From Mobula hypostoma (taxonomy: Eukaryota), in NCBI RefSeq assembly GCF_963921235.1, contig NC_086109.1:35156001-35220000 (forward strand): DNA of 64,000 nucleotides, given 5' to 3'. The notes beneath the pieces are model-generated. The model was not told the origin of the DNA and made no database searches. It was given only the letters and a program-made list of their open reading frames with translations. Positions 23,554-37,119 of this stretch are shown here, one piece after another (the stretch's first letter is position 1; each line of letters starts with the position of its first letter). A program made the translations under genes and the position numbers.

Positions 23554-25889
23554 TAGAAACCATAGAAACCATAGAAAAATGACAGCACAGAAACAGGCCT
23601 TTTGGCCCTTCTTGGCTGTGCCGAACCATTTTCTACCTAGTCCCACTGACATGCACACGGACCATATCCCTCCATACACCTCCCATCCATGTATCTGTCC
23701 AATTTATTCTTAAATGTTAAAAAAGGACCCACATTTACTACTTCATCTGGCAGCTCATTCCGTACTCCCACCTCTCTCTGTGTGAAGAAGTCCCCCCCAC
23801 CAATGTTCCCTTTAAACTTTTCCCCCTTCACCCTTAATCCATGTCCTCTGGTTTTTTTCTCCTCTTGCCTCAGTGGAAAAAGCCTGCTTGCTTTCACTCT
23901 ATCTATACCCATCATAATTTTATATACCTCTATCAAATCTCCCCTCATTCTTCTACGCTCCAGGGAATAAAGTCCTAACCTATTCAACTTTTCTCTGTAA
24001 CTGAGTTTCTCAAGTCCTGGCAACATCCTTGTAAACCTTCTCTGCACTCTTTCAACCTTATTAATATCCTTCCTATAATTTGGTGACCAAAACTGAACAC
24101 AATACTCCGGATTCGGTCTCACAAATGCCTTATACAACCTCATCATAACATTCCAGCTCTTATACTCAATACTTTGATTAATAAAGGTCAATGTACCAAA
24201 AGCTCTCTTTACGACCCCATCTACCTGTGACGCCACTTTTAGGGAATTTTGTATCTGTATTCCCAGATCCTTCTGTTCTACTGCACTCCTCAGTGCCTTA
24301 CCATTTACCCTGTATGTTCTACCTTGGTTTGTCCTTCCAAAGTGCAATACCTCACACTTGTCTGTATTAAACTCCATCTGCCATTTTTCAGCCCATTTTT
24401 CCAGCTGGTCCAAATCCCTCTGCAAGCTTTGAAAACCTTCCTCACTGTCCACTACACCTCCAATCTTTGTATCATCAGCAAATTTGCTGATCCAATTTAC
24501 CACATTGTCATCCAGATCATTGATATGGATGACAAATAACAATGGACCCAGCACTGATCCCTGTGGCACACCACTAGTCACAGGCCTCCACTCTGAGAAG
24601 CAATCCTCTACTACCACTCTTTGGTTTCTTCCATCGAGCCAATGTCTAATCCAATTTACCACCTCTCCATGTATACCTAGCGACTGAATTTTCCTAACTA
24701 ACCTCCCATGCGGGACCTTGTCAAAGGTCTTACTGAAGTCCATGTAGACAACATCCACTGCCTTCCATTCATCCACATTCCTGGTAACTACGTCGAAAAA
24801 CTCCAATAGATTGGTCAAACATGACCTACCACGCACAAAGCCATGTTGACTCTCCCTAATAAGTCCCTGTCTATCCAAATGCTTGTAGATTCTGTCTCTT
24901 AGTACTCCCGCCCATAACTTACCCACTACCGACGTCAAACTTACTGCCCTATAATTGCCTGGATTACTTTTCGATCCTTTTTTAAACAATGGAACAACAT
25001 GAGCCATTTTCCAATCCTCCGGCACTTCACCCATAGACACCAACATTTTAAATATATCTGCCAGGGCCCCTGCAATTTCAACACTAGTCTCCTTCAAGGT
25101 CCGAGGGAATGCCCTGTCAGGTCCTGGGGATTTATCCGCTTTTATTTGCCTCAAGATAGAAAGTACCTCCTCCTTTTCAATCTGTACAGTTTCCATGATC
25201 TCACTACTTGTTTCCCTTAATTCTATAGACTTCATGCCAGTTTCCTTAGTAAATACAGACGCAAAAAACCCATTTAAGATCTCCTCCATTTCTTTTGGTT
25301 CCGCACATAGCCAACCACTCTTATCCCTTACAATCCCTTTCCTCTTAATATACCTGTAAAAGCTCTTTGGATTATCCTTCACTTTGACTGCCAAGGCAAC
25401 CTCATGTCTTCTTTTAGCCCTCCTGATTTCCTTCTTAAGTATTTTCTTGCACTTTTTATACGCCTCAATTACCTTATTTACTCCTTGTTCCCGATACATG
25501 TCATACAACTCTCTCTTCTTCTTTATCAGAGTGGCAATATCCCTTGAGAACCAAGGTTCATTATTCCTATTCACTTTGCCTTTAATCCTGACAGGAACAT
25601 ACAAGCTCTGCACTCTCAAAATTTCTCCTTTGAAGACTTCCAACTTACCGATCACATCCTTGCCAGAGAACAACCTGTCCCAATCCAGGCTTTTTTAGAT
25701 CCTTTCTCAAGTCTTCAAATTTGGCCTTCTTCCAGTTTAGAACCTCAGCCCTAGGACCAGATCTATCTTTATCCATGATCAAGTTGAAACTAATGGTGTT
25801 ATGATCACTGGAACCAAAGTGTTCCCCTATACATACTTTCGTCACCTGTCCTAACTCGTTTCCTAATAGGAGATCTAATATTGCATCCT
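23554..25889 (-). mobile_element. CR1 LINE, 5'-truncated, same subfamily as 9705-12624; 678-aa RT ORF at 23637-25673
   Basis: QHGF, PQGSVLGP and FADD motifs; (catagaaac)n tail; high identity to the 9705 copy. Confidence 0.95.
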
Positions 25890-26879
25890 TAGTCTGGCTT
25901 ATTTTGCTTGTATGTATTAATCTAAGAGTATTAGAGTTGTGTCTTAAAATAATGATTTGATTTACTTCAAAATCACGAATGAGTTTAATCCAATCCTGGC
26001 GAGGGTTTGGCCATATGTTTAAGACTGATGAACGCAGGTATCTTGAAAGGAGAGATGCAAAATGGGTGAATACAAAATGTATACTAAAGGCATGCTTGAA
26101 AGTACTTTTAAGAAAAGTTGACAACTCACAGTAAGGAAAAGAAAGGATAACCAAGGTTAATTTGAGTTGAGCTTACTAGTTGGTCATGAATAAACTAGAG
26201 GCAGTAAATTGGAAAACCACCTTATACTCTTTTTGGTTTTGTTTTCTGTTTCATTTAGTCAGAAATAAAATGATATATGTTGCTTTTAGGACTCTGATTT
26301 ATTACTTCCTATTCTGTGCAATGGTTGAAAGGAAATGTTACTCTGAATTGTGGCAATGAAGGATGAAGAAGAACACCTATCGCTGAATCCCTGGATATAT
26401 CTGCGGTTGAACTCATTAGGACAGAAGTAAATCAAGTTTACCATTCAGTCATCCAGAATCCAATTTCAGCACCAATAGATCCTATGACAGTCATACACAT
26501 CACAAAGTACTTCTGACAGTATAAACTCAGCTTCACCCCAACGAAGCAGTCATATATTGTTGAAACATTCTGAGCCACTTTCCGGGAGTGCAAGTCGTTG
26601 CAACACTGAGTTTGTGATCCCTTTCTGATACTGATTTTGACCCAGTGATTTGGATCAGGGTAGTATTGAGATGGGCTGGCAGATGAATTTTTGTTTCACT
26701 GCATTTAAAGCATAGCAAAAGACTAAAAGTTTGTTGAGCTAGGAACTTTAGAAACATAACCATGGTTGGACTCTTCTGTAAACACTTGTTTTTCTGCAGG
26801 CTTTTATCACTATTTACTCTTGCATGTTTGGCTTGCTTATAAACGTCACTGAAATGTAATCAAAGACAATTTGCTGCTG

Positions 26880-27075
26880 TAGCACACACTAAATGCGAGA
26901 GCAACTCAGCAGGTCAGGCAGCATCTACGGAGAGGATTAAAGAGTCAATGTTTTGGACTGAGATTCAGGTGTCTCAGCCTGAAACATCAACCCTTTATTC
27001 CTCTCCATAGATGCTGCCTGACCTGCTGAGTTCCTCCAGCATTTTGTGTGTGTTATTCTCAATTTCCAGCATTGG
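26880..27075. mobile_element. Degraded Penelope-derived palindromic element
   Basis: Inverted arms actcagcaggtcaggcagcatcta / tagatgctgcctgacctgctgagt. Confidence 0.7.
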
Positions 27076-27673
27076 CAAAATGTGTTGTGTTTCAATTTGC
27101 CCTGCAAAAGCAGATAGCTGATAGAGTTGGTGATTTTTTGTTTTTTTTTTGCAAGGACATAGCAAGCAATACAGTAAAATTATCTGTATGGTTTCCTTTA
27201 GAGTTTCTTTTTTCTGCTGAATTTCTTAATTTTATGTAAAAGATTGAAATAGTCTGATAAAAACTGATTGGAAATTTCCACAAGAAGCCTGAGGAATTAA
27301 ATACCGTAAATGTTTAAAGAAATGAGGACAGGCTAAGCATTTTGTTTGATTTTCATTCCTTGTTCAGAACTGGAAGTAAATTCTCTTCTTTGATTTTAAA
27401 CTGAATGAATAATTTATCATTAATAGCTTTTCAACTTGATTTGGTTGCTTCAGTATCATGGAAGTATTGTTGTTGCAACAAAAATACACACTATGTTTTT
27501 AACAATTGGGTAAAGGTGGTTAATATAGAGTTAATGCTGGCTGCTTTAGTCAATGGGTTCATTATTCATTTTTCACCTCGTGTTATAGCAACAACATATA
27601 TAATTATGAAAACTTGTGGGTTTTTGCTGATGTCTTCAAGACCAAATTTCATTACTGGAACAGAGAATCATAC

Positions 27674-27787
27674 CTTTATAAAATCAGTAATGTTGTTTTT
27701 CCACTGTTCTGATTTCATTGAATCCCATTCCTTCTCTGAGCACAAATGGAAGAATTCAATACAAAAATTAAAATCTGCTGAAGAATT
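27674..27787 (-). CDS. Candidate internal coding exon of an unidentified host gene (114 bp, phase 0-0)
   Basis: Acceptor ttttcattataacAG and donor AAG|GTATGA; open reading NSSADFNFCIEFFHLCSEKEWDSMKSEQWKNNITDFIK in non-repeat DNA. Confidence 0.45.
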
Positions 27788-28464
27788 CTGTTATAATGAA
27801 AATTACAATGATTCCCTCACTGATGGCTTTATCTTCATTTCATGTTTCTATGTTTCTATTCCATAATATGCATATTCCAATTAATTTCCTGCTCTTCACT
27901 ATTGAGGAATAGATACTGGTAATTTCCACAATTTGCCATACAGTGGTTGGCATTTGGCTCACTGGTTACTGATTCCTGCATTCTTTTTAACACATCTCGG
28001 CCTTGGTTCCCCAGCTTTTTTTCTAAAGATAGATCCCCAGCTTTCACATTACTTTTAAATTTACCAGAGCCTTCTTCCCACTCTCCCTTTAAATTCAACC
28101 AAAAATAATTAGTATGTGAATATAATTAACTGGAGAGTGAAAAACTTCTCATGTTCATGATTTTTGATCAAAAGTTCATTGAGTTGAAATTTCATTGACA
28201 TTTTCCAAGATGAGCTCATTCAAGCCAAATTATTTTTCCAAACAGCCATCAGATTAAATTATACATTTTTTTTATCAGATATGAATTTTTATTCATATTA
28301 TAATATCTTCACACTAACTGGTATGTAACCATCTTTAGAAATTGTGATATAAAAGTCTTGAAAAAAATTCTGTTTTTTTTTTGTATGGTTCTTTCTCAAC
28401 AAGCATTCATCAGAGTTGAGCAAATCTTGTGACTGGCTATGAGTCAGCTTACGGACATGATATG

Positions 28465-29590
28465 GGTCACATGGTTGTATGATGCTGCAACAACAACAAC
28501 TCTTGCTAAACATCAGCAAGACTAAAGAGTTGAGTGTTGGCTTCAAGAAGGGGACTGAGTGAGAGCACGTGCTGGTTTACCTTGGGGTACTGGAGGCTGA
28601 GAGTGTCAGCTGCTTTAAGTTCTTTGGCTTTAACATATCGGGTGACCGATCCTGGGCCCCGCACAGATGATACAATACAAGGGAAGCACAGCGGCTTCTT
28701 TACTCTCTGAGGTCCTTACGGGGGTTCAGCTTGTCATCAAACACTTTAACAGACTTTTACAGATGTACATTTGAAAGTATCCTAACTGGTTGCTTTGTGG
28801 TCTGGTGCAGCAATTCAAATCTGCAGTATGTAAGAAGCAGAAGGGCATAATGGAATCTGTCTATACCACCACAAATACATACCCCACCCCCCCCCCACCA
28901 TTGGTAGTATCTATAGATGGCACTGACTCAAGCAGGTAACATCTATGGTGCCTATAGACTTCCCCATTGATTGCATAAGTATTCACCCCCTTTCTTGTTT
29001 CGTACAGAATCGAAGAAACAAGGAGTTGGTTGTCCATAAAGAATCAGATTTATTATCACCTACGGATGACATGAACTTCATTGTCTTGCAGCTTCAGCAC
29101 AGCACAAAGACATAAAATTACTATAACTTCCAAAAATAAATAGTGCAAAAAATAAATTATAAAGTAATGTTTGCAGACCTGTCATGAATCTGATAGCAGA
29201 GATGAAGACGCTGTTTCAATATCATTGACTGTGGGGCTTTAGGCTTCTGTACCTCCTCCCCCATGGTAGTAATAAGAAGAGGGCATATCCCAGAAAGTGA
29301 GAGTTTGTAGTGATAGATGCCATCTCCTTGAGACATCAGCTCTCAAAGATGTCCTGGATGGTGAAGATGTTATGCCTTTGATGAGGCTGGTTGAGTCTAC
29401 AACTATCTTCAGCCTCTTGCCATCCTGTACATTGGAACCTCCATACCAAGCTGTGATGGAAGCAGTCAGAATGCTCTCCACTGTTCATCAACAGAAATTC
29501 GTAGGAGTTTTTGTTGACATATCGTATCCCCTTAAACTCCTCAAATAAAGCCTAGCTCCTGGTGTCCCATCTTCATGGTTGCATCAATGT
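28465..29590. mobile_element. Two degraded Rex1/Babar 3' fragments in opposite orientation
   Basis: Plus-strand NISKTKEL..GF / FKFFG remnants at ~28500-28830; minus-strand ESILTASITAWYG (ORF 29239-29481). Confidence 0.7.
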
Positions 29591-31289
29591 GTTGATTATT
29601 TTTAATGGAAGAATCCAGTTCACAGCAAGATAATATAAGAAAACTGGGAGTGACATTTCCTTCTGATGTTTTTTTTCTGATCCTACACACCATCACCCCC
29701 TTCTCCCCCCACCCCACGCCATTTCTACAATATGCTGCTGTTTTCATGTCCCCAGCAGAGAAAAAAATCCACAAGAGCTCAACAAATAAATATCTCTCAA
29801 TGTTATGTCAAATTTGACAGTGGGAGAATTGTAGGTAAGTGTGGAGCTTTACCAAATTTGCCACAAGATCCTGGCTCTTATTAATGCTGCAAGATTCCTT
29901 GGCATTGACAACAGCAACTAAGTAGGCGTTAGCCATTTTTTATAAGGTGTTCCTATAGAAATATTCCCTCTCACTCCCACCACAAAGGGAGTAATGATCC
30001 CCATTTCAATCTTTTCCTCTCCAGAGAGAATTCTTTCTATCCACCAGCAGTATATTGCTTTGGCAAATTAGCACATTAATCTTTTAAAATAAAATATCTC
30101 TCTCCTTGTTCTTTGCTGCTTTAATTAATCAGGAAATTGTACGTCAAAGAGTGGGTCTTTAAAATTTCAGATCACATTCCAAAAACCTTTCCAAATGGTC
30201 AGTAATATAGTGCAAATTTATTCTGTTTCTTCTTGCATTAAAAAAAATCAGTTAGTGGAGTGATTAAGGGTAATAATCCAGTTTATCATAACTAATATTC
30301 ATTTTATTAAGTGTTTAATTCTTCACCCAGAAAAAATGCTTGATGTTAGAACATGAAAAGGTACATTTAATAGTTTCACTGCTGTGCGTAAGACCATTTC
30401 TCAGCAACTTGGATGTGTTTTTAGTGTTTAAAACTTGAGGATATGCTTACATATAATTTGTTGTGCTCCCCCCCCAAAAAACAGGTTCAACTTGCCAATT
30501 ATCATTGAACAATTAAAGTCAGCGGAAATTTACCAACATAACAATCTGTTGGTGTCCCAGATGGCATGCTATTGGGTTATTGTGTGATGTATGGGTGGTA
30601 ACTTTAGCTATGAGCCAGCCACAGCATAATTCAGTAGCTATCAAGGCCAACATCATTGTGCAGCATGGTATGGCTATAGTGTATGATTTTCCTCATGGAC
30701 TGTACCATATTGGAGAATCCAAAGAAATATGTAATCAAACATAGGGCCAGGACAGGGTTGTTAGGTTATGAGGCAGTTGGGAAGCTGTGACCTCAGTTAG
30801 GGGTTGGAGAGGGCAGGGTATGATGAAGAATAATGGGTACTTTGGTGTAGAGGATACAACTTAGAACAAAATTCAAATTAAATTTATTATCAAAGAATGT
30901 ATATGTCACCATATACCACCTTGAGATTAATTTTCTTTGCAGGCATTTACAGGGGGGAAAGAATACAATTTATGATATATAAAAAGTCAAAGACTGACTG
31001 ACAATGAATATGCAACCAAGAAGACAAACTGTGGAAATAAAATATAATGCTGAGAACATGATTAGAGTCTCCAGGAGAATGCCTACTTGTCATTATGAGT
31101 GAAGCTTCTGGGTCTCTTCAGTTACTCAGATCACAGTCACAACGTTTGGGGACTCACCTCAAGTGGTTTCTAGGACCTGGGATAAGGTCATTACCCATTT
31201 TCAGTTCTCTACATTGGGCCAAATGCTTCTTCTCCACCCCTCCCCCCACAGCACCCATGTGCTTTATCAAATCCTACATCACTATTTCA

Positions 31290-32760
31290 AGAGCTTCAAG
31301 GTTCAAGATTGTTTAATGTTATTTCCAGTACACAGAGAACATAAAAAACACAGTAGAATAAAGAACACAATAATAAAAAAAATAATGAAGATAAATACAT
31401 AAAATAGCTTCTATACATAGATTGACTGTATGCCCATAAAGTGACACAGGAATGTATATATGTACATAAGGTGACTGGCAGTAAATGATAAAGGAGTTAC
31501 AATGATTTTGTTCTCTGTGTACTGGTGGTGAAGGGTGTGGAGGAGTTGGGTTAGTGTGTGGAGGTGTTAATTAGCCTGAGCCAGGGGTTTACTCTTTGGA
31601 GAGAAGGAGGATGAGAGGAGACATGATAGAGGTGTACAAGATAATAAGAGGAACAGATAGAGTGGATAGGCAGCGCCTCTTCCCCAGGGCACCACTGCTC
31701 AATACAAGAGGACATGGCTTTAGGGTAAGGGGTGAGAAGTTCAAGGGGGATATTAGAGGAAGGTTTTTTACTCAGAGTGGTTGGTGCGTGGAATGCACTG
31801 CCTGAGTCAGTGGTGGAGGCAGATACACTCGTGAAGTTTAAGAGACTACTAGACAGGTATATGGAGGAATCTAAGGTGGGGGCTTATATGGGAGGCAGGG
31901 TTTGAGGGTCGGCACAACATTGTGGGCTGAAGGGCCTGTACTGTACTGTACTATTCTATGTTCTATGTTCTTAATGCTTGGGGGAAGTAACTGTTTGGTG
32001 ATCCTGGCGTGGACACACTTTGAGGATGATGGGGAGGAAGGAGCAGTTGTGCATCTTGACTATCTGATGTGTTGGCTAGGAAAGCCAACACCCAGTGACA
32101 CAGTGGTGTGTTTAGACTGAAGAGTAGCAGTTTGTTCACCAAGCTCTGTGGGACAATAGTGTTGAATGACAAACAGCATTCTAACATAAGTGTCCTTGTT
32201 TTCTAGGTGCACCGTGAAGCAGTTCTGACAGTAAGCATATTAGAGAGTATCCAATGCGGCAGGAATACAGTTTTAGATATGCTCTATTATCAGCCGTTCG
32301 AAGGACTTCATGATGATTGGCATCAGTGCCACTGGTCGGTAGTCATTTAGTCCTGAAGATGCAAAGTTCTTTGGTGCAGGAATGATGGGGGATGATTTGA
32401 AGCATGTGGGGACCGCAGCCTGGATGGTTGAGGTGTTGAGGAGGCCTGTGAAGACTTCAGTGAGCTGTTGTGCACATTCCTTGAGTACTCAGCCTGGGAT
32501 GTTGCCTGGCCTGGCCAGCTTACATGGGTTGACTCTGTAAGGTCTTACTGTTACAGACCGTGGCTGCTCACCTGTGATTGGGGTGAGGGGTGCAGCTTAT
32601 GTGGTCAGAGTTGTATTGCCTCAGAGTGTGTATGAAAGTTGTTTTGAGCATCGGGGTGGAGGTATCACTGGTACACTCAAAAATGTTTTTTCTTGCATAG
32701 ACAGTAATCTCTTAATGCCCAGTAACACATGCCAGGGTCGTTATTGAAAAGGATTTCCTA
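31290..32760 (-). mobile_element. Degraded Rex1/Babar element interrupted by a CR1 3' fragment (31578-31970, plus strand)
   Basis: SFNTIVPQSLVNKLL...LCHWVLAFL on the minus strand; the CR1 insert reads ERRRMRGDMIEVYKI and ends in a ttctatg tail. Confidence 0.7.
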
Positions 32761-32769
32761 GTATTTGTG

Positions 32770-33487
32770 CATAGATGGCCTTTGGGAAGCTTTTAAAAAC
32801 TAGCAGAAGGCAACTAAGAAAGCAATAAGAAGACAAGTTATTAAAATATTAAGATAAGCGAGCCAGTAATATAGAAGAGGATACTAAAAGTTCTTTCCAG
32901 ATACATAAAGAGAAAAAGAGAGACAAGTGTGGATGTTAGACCACTAGAGAGGTAATAATGGCGAGCAAGGAAATGGTGGAAGAATTGAATGATTATTCCT
33001 GGACAGTATTCACTTTGGAAGACACTGGTAGTATGCCAGATATTCGAGAGTATCAAGGAGGGGAAGTGAGGGCAGTTGCTAGTACGAAGGAGAAGATACT
33101 TAGGAAACTGAAAGGTCTGAAGATAAATAATTCACCTGCACAAGATGGACTGTATCCCACGGTTCTGAAAGATGTATCTGAAGAGATTGTGAGGGCATTA
33201 GTCGTGATTCTTCAAGAATCACTAAATTCTGGAATAGTTCCAGAGGTCTGGAAATTCACAAATATCAATCCAGTCTTAAGACGAGAGGGAGGCAAAAGAC
33301 AAGAAATTATACCTGACCTCAGTGGCTGGCGAGATGTTAGGATTCATTATTAAGTATGAAATTGTAGGATACTTGTAGGCACATGGTAAAAGAGGCCAAA
33401 GTTAGCATTGTATCCTTAAGGTGAAAAGTCACCTGACAACTCCTTGAGGAACAACAGACTGGATATTCAAAGGAGAATCAGTGGATT
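32770..33487 (+). mobile_element. CR1 ORF2 internal fragment
   Basis: KEMVEELNDY...LKGLKINNSPAQDGLYPTVLK...GIVPEVWK. Confidence 0.8.
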
Positions 33488-33489
33488 TA

Positions 33490-34728
33490 AAAACACAAAC
33501 ACGAGGAAATCTGCAGATGCTGGAATTTCAAGCAACACACATAAAAGTTGCTGGTTGACGCAGCAGGCCAGGCAGCATCTCTAGGAAGAGGTACAGTCGA
33601 CGTATCAGGCCGAGACCCTTCATCAGGACTAACTGAAAGAAGAGATAGTAAGAGATTTGAAAGTGGGAGGGGGAGGGGGAGATCCGAAATGATAGGAGAA
33701 GACAGGACGGGGAGGGATGGAGCCAAGAGCTGGACAGTAGATTGGCAAAATGGAAATGAGAGGATCATGGGACAGAAGTCCTAGGGAGAAAGAAAAGTGG
33801 GGGGGGGAACCCAGAGGATGGGCAAGAGGTAAAGTGAGAGGGACAGAGAGAGAAAAAGGAGAGAGAGAAAAAGAATGTGTGTTTATAAATAAATAACGAT
33901 GGGGTACGGGGGGAGGTGGGGCATTAATGGAAGTTTGAGAAGTCAATGTTTATGACATCAGGTTGGAGGCTACCCAGGTGGAATATAAGGTGATGTTCCT
34001 CCAACCTGAGTGTGGTTTCATCTTTACAGTAGAGGAGGCCGTGGATAGACATATCAGAATGGGAATAGGACGTGGAGTTAAAATGTGTGGTCACTGGGAG
34101 ATCCTGCATTCTCTGGCGGACAGAGCGTGGGTGTGCAGCGAAACAATCTCTCAGTCTGCATCGGGTCTCGCCAATATATAGAAGGCCACATCGGGAGCAC
34201 CGGACGCAGTATATCACCCCAGCCGACTCACAGGTGAAGTGTCGCCTCACCTGGAAGGACTGTTTGGGGCCCTGAATGGTGGTAAGCGAAGAAGTGTAAG
34301 GGCATGTGTAGCACTTGTTCTGCTTACAAGGATAAGTGCCAGGAGGGAGATCGGTGGGGAGGAATGGGGGGGACGAATGGACAAGGGAGTCGCGTCGGGA
34401 GCGATCCTTGCGGAAAGCAGAGAGAGGGGGCGAAGGAAAGAAGTGCTTAGTGGTGGGATCCAGTTGGAGGTGGCGGAAGTTATGGAGAATTATATGTTGG
34501 ACGTGAAGGCTGGTGGGGTGGTAGGTGAGGACAAAAGGAACCCTATTCCTAGTGGGGTGGCGGGAGGATGGAGTGAGAGCAGATGTGCATGAAATGGGGG
34601 AGATGCGTTTGAGAGCAGAATTGATGGTGGAGGAAGGGAAGCCCCTTTTTTTTTAAAAAAGTAGGACATCTCCCTCTTCCTGGAATGAAAAGCCCCATCC
34701 TGAGAACAGATGCAGTGGAGATGGATGA
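33490..34728 (-). mobile_element. Penelope-like element 3' part with GIY-YIG endonuclease and terminal repeat
   Basis: ORF 33924-34250 reads FTCESAGVIYCVRCSRCGLLYIGETRCRL...HFN...RLEEHHLIFHLGSLQP; the terminus matches the 6005 palindrome. Confidence 0.9.
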
Positions 34729-34861
34729 ATAAGGCTTCAACAGAGCCACATTTGAAAGAAAAAAAGTGAAAGAAGTAGTTTTGTGAACCATCTGAAGGAT
34801 GTCACCCATAGTCATGTTGTTGCTGGTGACACGTTCTGGAATCTTTCTCCTATATGCTGAT

Positions 34862-36110
34862 TCACCACCACCCTTGATTCGGCCAATGACAGTGGTATCG
34901 TTGCAAATTCAAATATGGCATCGCAGCTTTGCTTAGCTTCACAGTCATAAATATAAAGCAAATAGAGCAGGGGGCTAAGCACACAGCCTTGTGGTGTACC
35001 TGTGCTGAGAGAGGTTGTGGAGGAGATGAATCTGAACTGAGGGGGGTCTGCAAATGAGGGAATTGAGGAACCAGTTGCAGAAGAAGGTATTGTGGTTTAG
35101 AACTTGAAGCTCATCGACTAGATTGAGGGGATGATAGCATTGGATGCTGTGCTGTAGTCAATGAAGGGCATCCTGTTGTATGCACCTTCACTGTCTAGAT
35201 GTTTCAGGATTGAGTGAAATGCCAAGGAAATGGCATCTACTGTTGACCTGTTGTGATGGTAAGCAAATGTATCCAAGTCACTTCTCAGGCAAAAATTAAT
35301 AATGTTCCATCAATAACCTCTCAAAGCACTTCATCACAGTGGATGTAAGTGCTATTAGATAACAGTCACTGAGGCAGCTTACCACGTTCTTCTGAGGCAG
35401 AGGTATAATTGAAGCCTGCTTGAAGTGGGTGAGTACCTCAGATTGCTAAAACGAAAGATAATGATCTCAGTGAGCACTCCAGCCAGTTGATCAGCACAGA
35501 TCTCTAGTACTCGGCCAGGTACCTCGTTTGGCCCAGATGCTTTCCATGGGTTCAACCTTCTGTAGAATACTCTTAGTTTAGCCTCAGAGATTGAAATCAC
35601 AGGGTCACTGGGGGCTGTGGGAGTCCATGAAGTTGTCTCCATGATTTGATTGTCAATGCGAGCATAAAAGGCTTCTGGGAACAAAGCCTTGTTGTCACCT
35701 ATGTTGCTTGTTTTCACTTTGTAGGAGGTAACAGCATTCAAGCCCTGTTACTGCCATTTAGCATCTTTAGTGATTCAAGTTTGGTTCAGAAATGCCACTT
35801 TGCACATGAGATAACTTTCTGAAGACTGTACCTGGACCTCTAGTATTTAACTTGGCCAGCAGACCAAAATGCCACTGTTCTGGCCCTCAAAAGATTGTGG
35901 ATCTCATGTTTCACCTAGGGCTTCTGGTTAGGGAAGACTCAATGATTTTGTGGGGACACACTAATCTACCGCTGTTCTTATAAAGTCTGTGACAACCTTG
36001 TTGTATTCATTCAGATCCTCTGATGGGTCGTTGAATAGAGTCCATCTACCAATTTGAAGCAATCCCATAGCTGCTCCTCAGTTTCCTGTAACCACCTCTT
36101 GGTTCGCTCA
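34862..36110 (-). mobile_element. Rex1/Babar fragment
   Basis: RRLNPWKASGPNEVPGRVLEICADQLAGVLT and [10 protein letters not shown] remnants. Confidence 0.8.
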
Positions 36111-36114
36111 ATCG

Positions 36115-36960
36115 ACTCTCATAAAACATGCTCTCTAATCCAGGCAGCTTCCTAGTAAATCTCCTTTGCATCCTCTCTAAACTTCCTCATCCTTATTATA
36201 ATGAACCAGAACTGAACACAATACTCCAAATGTAGTCTACAACTTAGTTTTATAGAGCTGGAACATTAACTTGTAGCTTTTGAATTCAGTCCTCCAACTA
36301 ATGAAGGCCAACACTCCATATACCTTCTTATCCACTCTATTAACTTATGTAGCAACTATGGATGTGGACCTCATGATCCTTTTGTTCCTCCACACTGCTA
36401 ATTATCCTTATATTAACTCTTCCTTCAAGTTTGACTTTCTAAAATGAATCACTTCACCTTTTTACTAATTTGAACCCCAGCTGCCACTTCTCAGACCAGT
36501 TCTGCATTTTTTCAAAGTCCTGTTGTAACCTATGACAGCCTTCTACACTATGCATAACACCACAGACCTTCATGTCATCTGTAAACTTACTAATCCACCC
36601 TTTCACTTCCTCATTTAGGGTGTTTATTAAAACCTGAAACAGCAAGGGTTCCAGAACAAATCCTTGTGGAACAACACAGGTCATTAACCTCAGACAGAAT
36701 ATTTTCCCTCTACTCCCACCCTTTTACAGGCACGCTCATTATGACTCAACGCAGCCAATTTCCCTTGGATTCCATGTCTCCTTACCTTCTGAATGAGCCT
36801 ACCATAGGGAACTTGTCAAATGTCTTACTAAAATCCATATACATCACATCCATTGCATTACCTTCATCAATTTGTTTGCCACTTCCTCACTGTAATTGAG
36901 TCAGGCTCACAAAGCCATGCTGACTATGCCTATTCAGAATATACTTCTCCAAATGCTCAC
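36115..36960 (-). mobile_element. Degraded CR1 RT fragment
   Basis: VPQGFVLEPLLF...ISKFTDDMKV...NWSEKWQ. Confidence 0.8.
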
Positions 36961-36962
36961 TT

Positions 36963-37080
36963 GTGGCATGTGGCCAAGTGGTTAAGGTGTTGGTCTAGTG
37001 ATATGAAGGTTGCTAGTTCAAGCCTCAGCTGAGGCAGCGTGAGGCACCTTGAGCAAGGCACTTAACCACACATTGCTCAG
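36963..37080 (+). mobile_element. tRNA-derived CORE-type SINE head
   Basis: A-box tggccaagtgg, B-box agttcaagcc, followed by the CORE-like ccttgagcaaggcacttaac. Confidence 0.7.
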
Positions 37081-37119
37081 GACACGTTTCAAAGAAAGTT
37101 GGCAGACTTTCGAAGATAT

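Noticed and set aside
27856..28098. Minus-strand 80-aa ORF next to the 27674 exon candidate
   Set aside because: No convincing in-phase donor, and it runs into a CR1-type (tagaaaca) tail remnant.
36963..37035. tRNA-like sequence with A and B boxes
   Set aside because: It runs directly into a SINE CORE domain and lacks a clean cloverleaf, so it is a SINE head rather than a tRNA gene.
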